Below, piece after piece: positions 8,828 to 16,313 of a stretch of DNA of 59,192 nucleotides. The position numbers and the translations under genes are program-made. Under the pieces are notes generated by a model. That model made no database searches, was not told the origin of the DNA, and worked only from the letters and a program-made list of their open reading frames with translations. The DNA comes from Terriglobia bacterium. Its GTDB lineage: Bacteria > Acidobacteriota > Terriglobia > 20CM-2-55-15. The stretch lies in NCBI GenBank assembly GCA_041481485.1, contig JBGPBY010000002.1, positions 1 through 59,192 on the forward strand, read 5' to 3'. Positions within the stretch are counted from its first letter, which is position 1; the number at the start of each line of letters is the position of its first letter.

Positions 8828-9520
8828 CTAGTACTCCAGGGACCGGACGATCTTCAGCGCAATCAGCAGCAGCATCCCCGACAGCCCGAGCAGGACTGCC
8901 ATTGCAGTCCACGGCATCGTGTGAGTGTTGAGTGGTGAGGCCAGCGACAATACCAGGAAAGTCTGCATCCACGCCGGTAGCGGAACTCGAATCAGAATTA
9001 CAATGGTGCCAACGACTGTGAATATGGTTGCCCAATGCTGATACACGTCGTCAAGAAACGCCGCGAAGAACACTCCGAGTGAGTACACTGCCGTGACACA
9101 GAAGAACGTGGCCACGCCCTGTTTGAACATGTCGGAAGGTGTGGCACTGAGTCGAATAGCGGGGTTCACCAACCAGAGCGCAGACCACGTAAGGACGAGT
9201 ATTACCGCCGTTTCTGCCAAACCCAGCGAAACTCGCACGTTGAACAGCCGCGTGCGCTTCACCGGCAACGACAGGGTATAGTACATCGACCCATGCAAGC
9301 CTTTGCTCCGCTGTAAGCCTCCGAGTTGGGTCTTGACTCCAGCGCCCGCGAGCAAGAGGGCGGCGAGCATGGCAGGTATCGTGGTGGCGCCTACCAGAGG
9401 TCCTGATCCTGCCCCCGCGGGAGGGGGGGGACCCATAGTCAGGACGGTAATGACCACTACTACCGCCAGGACAATTAGCAATCGAGTGCGTGTTTCGTAC
9501 CAGCCCTTCTTCCAAAGCAT
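8828..9520 (-). CDS. Multi-pass membrane protein, probable permease partner of the adjacent ABC ATPase
   Basis: About six hydrophobic segments. Its start abuts the stop of the upstream ABC ATPase (9520/9521). Confidence 0.6.
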   Translation of the reverse strand: MLWKKGWYETRTRLLIVLAVVVVITVLTMGPPPPAGAGSGPLVGATTIPAMLAALLLAGAGVKTQLGGLQRSKGLHGSMYYTLSLPVKRTRLFNVRVSLGLAETAVILVLTWSALWLVNPAIRLSATPSDMFKQGVATFFCVTAVYSLGVFFAAFLDDVYQHWATIFTVVGTIVILIRVPLPAWMQTFLVLSLASPLNTHTMPWTAMAVLLGLSGMLLLIALKIVRSLEY

Positions 9521-10414
9521 TTAGTCAGCCCTCATAAGTTCGAGAAAGAGTTCCCTCAGCGTGACCGGGTACGTGTCCACACTGGTTCCGGGCAAGGCCC
9601 GCGCCTGCGCCATGATCTCTTCACTGTTCCGTCCGGATAGGATCGAGACCATCCGGCCCTCGTTTCGGATGCGGTCGGCACCTTGGGCCCAGCGAATGTC
9701 GGCTGGGATACCATCGGCAAAAACAACCTTGATCCGCTGGTACTGTTGCTTGAGATCCTCCAACTCGCCACTGATAATCGAGCGGCCCTGGTTGATGATT
9801 GTGATTTGATCGGCGATCTGTTCCACTTCCGCCAATTGATGAGAAGAGAAAAAGATAGTCGTACCATCCGATGCCGACAACCCGATCAGTTCGCGCAAGA
9901 GTTCTTCCGCCACAACGGGGTCCAGGCCGTCCGTGGGTTCATCAAGAATCAGCAACTCGGAACCGCGCGAAATCGCGAGCAGCAACATCAGTTTGGATCG
10001 CATACCCTTTGAAAGATCGGGGATCTTCTTTTTCGGCGGCAGGTCAAAGGCCTTGAGGTATCTACGTTCCAAATCATCGCGCCACTGAGGGAAGAATGGG
10101 CGGCTGAAGCGAATGATTTCCTCAACTGTCATATACGGGTAGAGTTCCTTATCTTCCGGAACAAACCCAATGCGCCGCCTGAGCAATGCACCCGAATCAT
10201 CGTCCCCAGGCACAATTCCGAAGATCCGTGCCTCACCCTGGTCGGCCTTCGCCGGGCCCATCAAGATCTTAATCGTTGTCGTTTTTCCGGCGCCATTCCG
10301 CCCCAGGAAACCAAAGACGCTGCCTCGGGGAACAGTCAAATTCAGACCGCAGAGCGCCTCATGCCCTTTGAACGACTTTCGGAGTGCCACCGCTTCAATT
10401 GCGCATTCAGTCAT
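9521..10414 (-). CDS. ABC transporter ATP-binding protein
   Basis: Walker A GRNGAGKTT, signature-like LSKGMRSKL, Walker B LLILDEPTDGLD. It overlaps the GntR gene stop by 4 nt. Confidence 0.9.
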   Translation of the reverse strand: MTECAIEAVALRKSFKGHEALCGLNLTVPRGSVFGFLGRNGAGKTTTIKILMGPAKADQGEARIFGIVPGDDDSGALLRRRIGFVPEDKELYPYMTVEEIIRFSRPFFPQWRDDLERRYLKAFDLPPKKKIPDLSKGMRSKLMLLLAISRGSELLILDEPTDGLDPVVAEELLRELIGLSASDGTTIFFSSHQLAEVEQIADQITIINQGRSIISGELEDLKQQYQRIKVVFADGIPADIRWAQGADRIRNEGRMVSILSGRNSEEIMAQARALPGTSVDTYPVTLRELFLELMRAD

Positions 10415-10806
10415 GTTCTTCTCCTAATTACTCCGTCTTTCAACTGCGCGAGTTCGTTCTCCAGGAGCCGCCGAATCGCATCTTCCGTCAATCCCGCCGC
10501 TGCGAGCCGTTCGACTGCCGATTGCATAATCAACTGCGCTTTGCGCGAGACGAGTGTGTGCCCCGCAGCTAACCGGCGCACGAATGCTCCGGCACCGTGA
10601 CGGACTTCGACGACGCCTTCGTGCTCCAATTCACGATATGCGCGGACCACAGTGTTCGGATTGATTACCAGTTCTTCAGCGAGCCTGCGCAACGGCGGGA
10701 GCTGTTCACCGGCGCGCAGCGCCCCGGTCTCGATGGCATGTTTCACCTGCTCCATCAACTGGATGTAGATGGGAATACCCGAAGCCGGATTTACGTGGAT
10801 AATCAT
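10411..10806 (-). CDS. GntR family transcriptional regulator, YtrA-like short subfamily
   Basis: Winged-HTH region LPPLRRLAEELVINPNTVVRAYRELEHEGVV. It has the short (131 aa) YtrA-type architecture and is the first gene of a GntR-ABC-permease operon. Confidence 0.85.
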   Translation of the reverse strand: MIIHVNPASGIPIYIQLMEQVKHAIETGALRAGEQLPPLRRLAEELVINPNTVVRAYRELEHEGVVEVRHGAGAFVRRLAAGHTLVSRKAQLIMQSAVERLAAAGLTEDAIRRLLENELAQLKDGVIRRRT

Positions 10807-10813
10807 GCTTTCA

Positions 10814-10841
10814 ACTGTACTAGTCTATCGATACTGTATAC
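10814..10841 (-). promoter_or_regulatory. Candidate operator or promoter element upstream of the YtrA-like operon
   Basis: ACTGTA is repeated at 10814 and 10833. Three consecutive hexamer palindromes are present: ACTAGT (10819-24), ATCGAT (10827-32) and GTATAC (10836-41). The block lies 8-35 nt upstream of the GntR start. Confidence 0.25.
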
Positions 10842-11025
10842 GCAGGATTCCAACGATTGTCAATCGTCGATAACGCCGTAGGGTTCAGCGAACGCTCTTC
10901 AGTTGTTGGGAAGTCGGCATCTCGGAAACTAAACGTGGTTGCGATTCGGTCCGCGGCCACTCTACGGTTTGCCGGTAATTCCGGACGAGTCCTTCGCTGG
11001 ATCGGTAAACGCTGCGCGCCAGAGG
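10840..11025. repeat. Intergenic repeat copy B
   Basis: Contains the 19-mer GATCGGTAAACGCTGCGCG (11000-11018) and a degenerate anchor AGTCGGCATCTCGG (10912-10925). Its low-coordinate part is diverged-homologous to copy C. Confidence 0.5.
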
Positions 11026-11199
11026 ATTCACAAGAAACACGTTCTGCGAATTCACTCGACCCTCCAGCACCCTGGTAACAGACGCGTTCTTCATTGAAAC
11101 CGGCAAAATCCGCAGGGTCGAAATAATTGATCCCGGGGCGATGTTTCAGTTGTCGTCCCCTGGGGCGGTCTCAGCGGGAACGGACCGCCCGAAGTTGCT
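10885..11199 (-). pseudogene. Decayed 3'-terminal relic of a TonB-dependent receptor gene
   Basis: Minus-strand frames read INYFDPADFA and then, after a frame change, SMKNASVTRVLEGRVNSQNVFLVNPLARSVYRSSEGLV. These parallel the intact receptor's [12 protein letters not shown]...[44 protein letters not shown]. The roughly 25 codons that separate these blocks in the intact receptor are missing, and there is no start codon. Confidence 0.5.
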
Positions 11200-12219
11200 C
11201 TACCGTTTCGATGCTTCAATAATCTGAAACGGGGAGTGCGTTTGTAGAATCCGTTCGAATTGGAGTCCGACGGATTCGAGGAGCGCGCGGTACTCCTTCA
11301 ACGATCGTTCACGTCCAGGCAACATGACGAGCATATTGAGGTCCATCATCGACGCCATACTGGGGGAGTTGTCGTCCGGGATCACCATCTCGACAACGCA
11401 GACTCGGCCAGAGCTTGTCATTCGCTTCGCGCACAGAGAAAGGATGATTCGGCACTGTTCGTCGTTCCAGTCGTGAAGGACCTGTTTGAGGAGGTAAATG
11501 TCGCCTTTGGGAACGTCGACGAAGAAGTCGCCCGCAACTGCCTCTGCGCGAGATGCGAGACCTTCCGCGAGCAAAGCCGGGCGAGCGCGCTCCGCAACGC
11601 CTGGCAGATCGAAGACAATTCCTGACAGGTGGCGGTGATTTCTGAGCACTGCGGCAAGCAGCGTCCCGTGCGATCCACCGACGTCCACGACGGTTTTCGC
11701 TTTTGAAAAATCGCAACTTGCGGCGACTTCTCCGGCCACCATGGAGGCGAGACTTGTCATCGCGCCGCCAAATGCCGCCGCATCCTGCGGGTATTCCTGA
11801 TACCACTCGAAGAGTTCCTTTCCCAATGCCTTTGGCGCTCCACGCTCACCGGTTTTCACGGAATCGGTAAGCTTGCCCCAGGCAAGCCAGTGCCCCTGAT
11901 CCGTTTCCGCTATGGCGAAATCGCGCATGGAACCCGGAATATTTGCACGGAGTGTTGCTCCGACTGGCGTGAGTTTGAACACATCTGGCTCCACTTCCAC
12001 GAAAAGCCCCAAACCGGTAGCCGCGCGCAAGAGCCGGTAGGTTGCGTCGGAATGTGTGCCGCATTTCGCCGCAATTTCGGAGCTCGTGAGCTGGAGATCT
12101 GCAACCGCGTCCGGAATGGCAAGACGCGCCAGGGCAGCGACGGTTTGGCTGATCCAGTGACCGGTAATCATCTGCAACATTCGGGCAGGTGGCGGCAGTT
12201 CATTGGTCTGCGACATCAC
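11200..12219 (-). CDS. Class I SAM-dependent O-methyltransferase (Methyltransf_2 type with N-terminal dimerisation/wHTH domain)
   Basis: SAM-binding motif VVDVGGSHGTLL. The C-terminal region DIYLLKQVLHDWNDEQ is typical of plant/bacterial-type O-methyltransferases. Confidence 0.85.
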   Translation of the reverse strand: MMSQTNELPPPARMLQMITGHWISQTVAALARLAIPDAVADLQLTSSEIAAKCGTHSDATYRLLRAATGLGLFVEVEPDVFKLTPVGATLRANIPGSMRDFAIAETDQGHWLAWGKLTDSVKTGERGAPKALGKELFEWYQEYPQDAAAFGGAMTSLASMVAGEVAASCDFSKAKTVVDVGGSHGTLLAAVLRNHRHLSGIVFDLPGVAERARPALLAEGLASRAEAVAGDFFVDVPKGDIYLLKQVLHDWNDEQCRIILSLCAKRMTSSGRVCVVEMVIPDDNSPSMASMMDLNMLVMLPGRERSLKEYRALLESVGLQFERILQTHSPFQIIEASKR

Positions 12220-12360
12220 GTCTCCTCATCGGACATTTTTGACTGCGAAATCCTACAACAAATTTCGGAATACGACCACCGGGGCAGCGCGGAAGATCAG
12301 TCCCGCTGAGCCTTTCGTCACTGCCGTCACACTACAGTTGTGCTTGTGTTGGTACCTGGC

Positions 12361-12450
12361 TGGAACAACATCTCCGAAATGATAAGACTCCGGTAACGGG
12401 CTAGTGTTGACCGATCTGTTCTCAACTCCTGATTAGTCGGTATCCCGTAG
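12361..12450. repeat. Intergenic repeat copy C
   Basis: TAGTCGGTATCCCG at 12434-12447. The flanking stretch 12361-12433 is diverged-homologous to 10841-10911 of copy B (about 14/24 identity in the best hand-aligned block). Confidence 0.4.
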
Positions 12451-12621
12451 AAGTGGATTTGATCCGGTAGTACGTGGCGGGCTTTCCCTATAATGACGGA
12501 CCTTAATTGATTTGGGGCCGCCAGTATAAGTGCCCAAGGGCGGCCTCTCCCAGCCGCGAATTCCGCCGAATCCCCGGCCTCTCCGTGCGAAACTGGCTAG
12601 AGTCCTGAATCCCAAACACTC

Positions 12622-13158
12622 ATGGCGCAAACCGCGACGATCTACAACATGTCCATTGATCTTTCGAATGTCGATCGTGGCGTCTACGAACAGATCGAAC
12701 TCCGTATCGCGCGGCAACCTTCCGAAACAATGGAGTACATGCTCCTTCGCATGCTGGCGTACTGCATGGAGTATCAGGAAGGCATCGCGTTGACGGAGGG
12801 CGTTGCCTCAGGCGATGAACCGGCAATCCTGGTTCGGGATATGACGGGCCGAATTATCGCGTGGATCGAAGTGGGACTGCCGGACGCTTCACGAATACAT
12901 CGCGGAAGCAAGCTGGCCGGGCGTGCCGCTGTGTACACCCATCGTGGTCCCCTGCTGATGAGACAGCTTGCGGGAGAGAAGATTCACAGAGCAGAGCATG
13001 TACGGATCTACGTGCTCGATTCCGATTTCATCGATGAAATCTCCGCAGTCATCGATCGACGCTGTTCGATCGGATTGTCGATCACCGAGCAGCAGATGTA
13101 CCTGACCATCAACGGGAAAGACTTCAACACCGCCATCACGGAGCATCGGCTGGCGTGA
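12622..13158 (+). CDS. yaeQ: YaeQ family protein
   Basis: The N-terminus MAQTATIYNMSIDLSNVDRGVYEQIELRIARQPSETMEYMLLRMLAYC matches the YaeQ family pattern. Confidence 0.8.
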   Translation: MAQTATIYNMSIDLSNVDRGVYEQIELRIARQPSETMEYMLLRMLAYCMEYQEGIALTEGVASGDEPAILVRDMTGRIIAWIEVGLPDASRIHRGSKLAGRAAVYTHRGPLLMRQLAGEKIHRAEHVRIYVLDSDFIDEISAVIDRRCSIGLSITEQQMYLTINGKDFNTAITEHRLA

Positions 13159-13208
13159 AGTGTTCTCCTGATGGAAAATGCAGCAAAGCCTGGGTTCGCC
13201 CTACGGAT

Positions 13209-13781
13209 CTATACGTCCGCCTCATCGACTGATCGACGAAGAGCGACGAAAGCCTTCAACATTTCCCGGTACGAGAAGTTTGCATTGCGTCCACTCGGAT
13301 TGGGCAGGACGAAGATTTGTGCCCCGTGAATCCGTATCGGTCGCAGGCCCACAACGGTTCCACGCCGATGGATTGCCGCGGGCGCATCGCAGAGCAGCGG
13401 TAAAATCGTACGATAGGCCGTCACTCCCAGCAGCGCGACGATGCGCGGCCGCAATCGACGAATCTTGCGATGGAGCACCTTCCATCCTTCGACGTATTCG
13501 GAAGGACGTAGATCATCGATTCCCGGACTGGGCCGGGCAATGAGATTGGTGATGCCAAGGCGCCAGCTCGGAAGCCGTTCGTCATCTTTGCAGGTCACGG
13601 GTTCGGGCGTCAGCCCCGAATCGGTCAGGAGCTTCCAGAAACGGTTGGAATAGCCTGCGAAGTGATGTCCGGTTTGCGCAGAACGCACCCCGGGATTGAT
13701 GCCGACAAACAGTACAAACAAATCGGATGCAATCCGATCCTTCAACCGCAACTGCGACCATTCCGAATCCATGCTGCTCAT
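13209..13781 (-). CDS. mug: G/U mismatch-specific DNA glycosylase (Mug/TDG family, UDG family 2)
   Basis: Motifs LFVGINPGVRSAQTGHHFAGYSNRFWKLL and ITNLIARPSPG. The start is set at the ATG at 13781 (MSSMDSEW), about 20 residues before GINPG as in Mug. The ORF-track extension to 14219 overlaps the neighbouring gene. Confidence 0.8.
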   Translation of the reverse strand: MSSMDSEWSQLRLKDRIASDLFVLFVGINPGVRSAQTGHHFAGYSNRFWKLLTDSGLTPEPVTCKDDERLPSWRLGITNLIARPSPGIDDLRPSEYVEGWKVLHRKIRRLRPRIVALLGVTAYRTILPLLCDAPAAIHRRGTVVGLRPIRIHGAQIFVLPNPSGRNANFSYREMLKAFVALRRSVDEADV

Positions 13782-13888
13782 TATGAACGAGCCAGTTGCT
13801 GCTGAGGCCGAACGGCTCCCAAAGCGATTATCCACATGACCCTTCATAGGCGGCATTGCGTGTTTCGCATAACTTTCTGGACAATTCT

Positions 13889-14569
13889 TCAGCGCCTCAG
13901 CTTCGTCACCTTTCGATGTCCCCAGCCGGCCCTTGAGAGCACACCTGCAATGCCTAATGTAAGCAGCCAAATGCTTGCAAGCTCGGGAACGGCGGTAGAA
14001 ATATCGTTCCCGTTCACGCGAAACGCGGAAGCGGTGGCAAGGGGTGCAGCGATCCAGGGTCCTCCATTCACACGGCCGACCGTTCCGATATCCCCTGTAA
14101 AATTCAAGCGGAAACTTCCAGTATTTCCTGACGTCGACGCAATTATCCAATATTGGGTTCCTGCAAGTAGCGTGGGGTGAAGAACCGACGTCGCAACTGT
14201 CAGTGGAGGAACTGGACACACTGGCGGACAGCTACTCACATGGGGCACATTTGACAGTGAAAATGCCTCAACAATCGAGCCGGGCAAGCCCCCGGCGTCG
14301 GACATCAGCCACACATCCAACGATGGGGTAACGTTGTCAGAAGTTAAAGCTAGTTCCATGAAGTCGAGCGCCGCTGTCTTTTGGGCGATGAATTGCGATC
14401 CGACATCCTGGTCACCGAAAATAGAGGTCGGGCCGCTGATGAGTTGACCGGCATTACTGAAAATGTCTCCGGGTCCAAGATTGCTGAAGATGACAGTACT
14501 TGCTTCGACCGCTGAGGAAAACGAGAAGGTCAACAGGACAATCCCCAAAAGTGTGTGTGCGCGTTTCAT
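13889..14569 (-). CDS. PEP-CTERM sorting-domain secreted protein
   Basis: The ATG at 14569 is preceded by AAGGAG. Signal peptide MKRAHTLLGIVLLTFSFSSAVEAS. The C-terminal VPELASIWLLTLGIAGVLSRAGWGHRK is a PEP-CTERM-like motif plus TM plus basic tail. Confidence 0.7.
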   Translation of the reverse strand: MKRAHTLLGIVLLTFSFSSAVEASTVIFSNLGPGDIFSNAGQLISGPTSIFGDQDVGSQFIAQKTAALDFMELALTSDNVTPSLDVWLMSDAGGLPGSIVEAFSLSNVPHVSSCPPVCPVPPLTVATSVLHPTLLAGTQYWIIASTSGNTGSFRLNFTGDIGTVGRVNGGPWIAAPLATASAFRVNGNDISTAVPELASIWLLTLGIAGVLSRAGWGHRKVTKLRR

Positions 14570-14701
14570 ACTCTGCTCCTTATCATGTAATGCGGAATTC
14601 AGGAATGGAAAGTGGCAGGAATTATTACATTTGGATTTGCTGCATAGGGAAGAATGTGATTCAGACATTCTTTGCAAGCCTTTGCGGCGTTTGCAGCGCA
14701 G

Positions 14702-15361
14702 TCAGCGGGGTTGCGGTTGGAACATCCTGTGAACGTAGTCCAACAGGTAGTCCGCCGGATACCGTTTGGCGAGCACCGGGTGCGCTGCGGCCCAGGCTTC
14801 GAGGCGTTCAACGACGGCTGGGTTCTTCTTTGGTCCCAACCTTTCTTCCAGTTCCTCAAAGGTTGGGACCAGGGCATAGAGATCCAGAAACTCCTCCACC
14901 GTGAGATTGGGTTTTGGCTGCGTGGAACGTTTGTCGTCGTCCCCCGCATAGACGGGTTGCGCCCAAGCCTGGAACACATCGAAAGTCGGAAGTTTGTCGA
15001 TCCATTTGTCCGCCTGCCGCAGAGCCCCTGTGTAGAACCCCAACCTATTCGGCGGCGTCCATGGCTTCGGTTCATTCCACTCAAACGGTTTGCAGTCGGC
15101 GCCATAAATCCACGGCACGAGCACCACGATACCGGGAGGGATGCTGTCCGAGCCCGTACGGCCTGCAGAAAGGTTGGCGCGAACTCCATTCTCTTGACGG
15201 CCGAGAGGAGAGGCCAGAAAGAAGCTCAACCCATCGTCCCTGCGAATTAGGGTATCGAGCATCTCGCATGCTGAAGCGCTCGGGACCTCAAACAGCAGCG
15301 ACCCGGCAAGGACAATGACTCCAACAATACCAAAGGGGTTCACCGTGGTATGGATTCTCAT
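14702..15361 (-). CDS. Secreted hypothetical protein
   Basis: The ATG at 15361 is preceded by AAGGAGG. Hydrophobic N-terminus MRIHTTVNPFGIVGVIVLAGSLLFEVPSASA. No family recognised. Confidence 0.55.
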   Translation of the reverse strand: MRIHTTVNPFGIVGVIVLAGSLLFEVPSASACEMLDTLIRRDDGLSFFLASPLGRQENGVRANLSAGRTGSDSIPPGIVVLVPWIYGADCKPFEWNEPKPWTPPNRLGFYTGALRQADKWIDKLPTFDVFQAWAQPVYAGDDDKRSTQPKPNLTVEEFLDLYALVPTFEELEERLGPKKNPAVVERLEAWAAAHPVLAKRYPADYLLDYVHRMFQPQPR

Positions 15362-15425
15362 AAGCCTCCTTTTCATTGGGCTGCCGGCGCCTGTGCAGAC
15401 GCGATCCATTGTCCCAAATCTCCGT

Positions 15426-16010
15426 TCACTCTTTCTCGAGGTCTCGTGGCGGCATGTCCGCAGGGTTGTCGGTCCACTTGATCTCGGGCCACACGTGCAC
15501 CCGAGACTTGAAACGCCAACCATTCGCGGTCTTCTCGAAGGTGTCTTCGTAGCCGCCTTCCCAGTGAATGATATCGCCTTGCCTGGTGGTCTTGTTCGTA
15601 ATCGTGAGCAGGGTGGAGGTGGCCTTCGCGCCTCCGGGCGCGGGAGTTATCACGGGGCTCACCACGATGTGGTATTCCGGATACTGTTGTGGCGGTCGGC
15701 AGGCATCCTTACCGCCACCACCCGCGGTACGTAGCTGTTCGTGGCCGCGAAACCAGATCTTGACGCCATTGCCCCACTGCGACGACACGCCAAAAGTTGC
15801 GTCAGGAGTGAAAAGGTTGGCGTAGGTGTTGCCGTTGTTCGTGCAGTTGTCGAGGATTTGAGAGTAACCATCGATGAGCTGGCGAATGTCGATGTAGTCT
15901 TGCGCCTCCAGCTTCGCGCCGCTCTGGGCAGTTCTTTGGCTTACTGCAATACCCGCAAACAGCGCGACACAGAATGCTGCCAACGCAATGCCCGCTGAAC
16001 TTCGATTCAT
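15426..16010 (-). CDS. Secreted NTF2-like (SnoaL-like) domain protein
   Basis: The start at 16010 gives the signal-like MNRSSAGIALAAFCVALFAGIAV. The region YIDIRQLIDGYSQILD..LFTPDATF is typical of SnoaL-like/NTF2 folds. Confidence 0.55.
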   Translation of the reverse strand: MNRSSAGIALAAFCVALFAGIAVSQRTAQSGAKLEAQDYIDIRQLIDGYSQILDNCTNNGNTYANLFTPDATFGVSSQWGNGVKIWFRGHEQLRTAGGGGKDACRPPQQYPEYHIVVSPVITPAPGGAKATSTLLTITNKTTRQGDIIHWEGGYEDTFEKTANGWRFKSRVHVWPEIKWTDNPADMPPRDLEKE

Positions 16011-16313
16011 AGGTCCCCCTTCGGATCGAATACGGATTCTGACGATGTGTCGAATTGTAATCCTCCCGCTCGACATCCGTGAGGGAGAAACCGTGAGGGA
16101 GAAAACGTCAATCGGCCGGTTCATGATGCAACCCTGAGCTACAGCTATGAGGCCGTGACGCCGCAGTGCCTGAAGGACAAGCTGCCCAGCTACGCCGGTG
16201 TGGGCAAGAACGGTAGACAGCTCACACCGTAGGCCTGCGCCTGGAACCTCTAATACGGCAGGAAGTAGGACATCTTCCCAGCAGTTTTGTCGTAAGATTT
16301 CCCCGAATTTCCA

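Noticed and set aside
9423-9430. G8 homopolymer (C8 on the coding strand) in the ABC permease gene, and a T8 run at 49878-49885 in the TonB receptor, as phase-variation tracts.
   Set aside because: They encode PPP(P) and FFF in otherwise intact ORFs. The tracts are short and there is no evidence of length heterogeneity from a single sequence.
8640-12450. Reading the three direct repeats as integron attC sites (a CALIN-like cassette array).
   Set aside because: I found no GTTRRRY/RYYYAAC core pairs or the imperfect internal dyad expected of attC, and no integron integrase. One cassette would be a three-gene operon, which is atypical. It is kept as a generic repeat-bracketed architecture instead.
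13782-14219. N-terminal extension of the Mug ORF (ORF track 13209-14219). Similar extensions: 43951-44178 for thpR, 35617-35754 for the CarboxypepD_reg gene, 14570-14677, 15362-15523, 16011-16124 and 7889-8092.
   Set aside because: The extensions overlap neighbouring genes or lack family or signal features. Internal starts with RBS or stop-start coupling give canonical N-termini.
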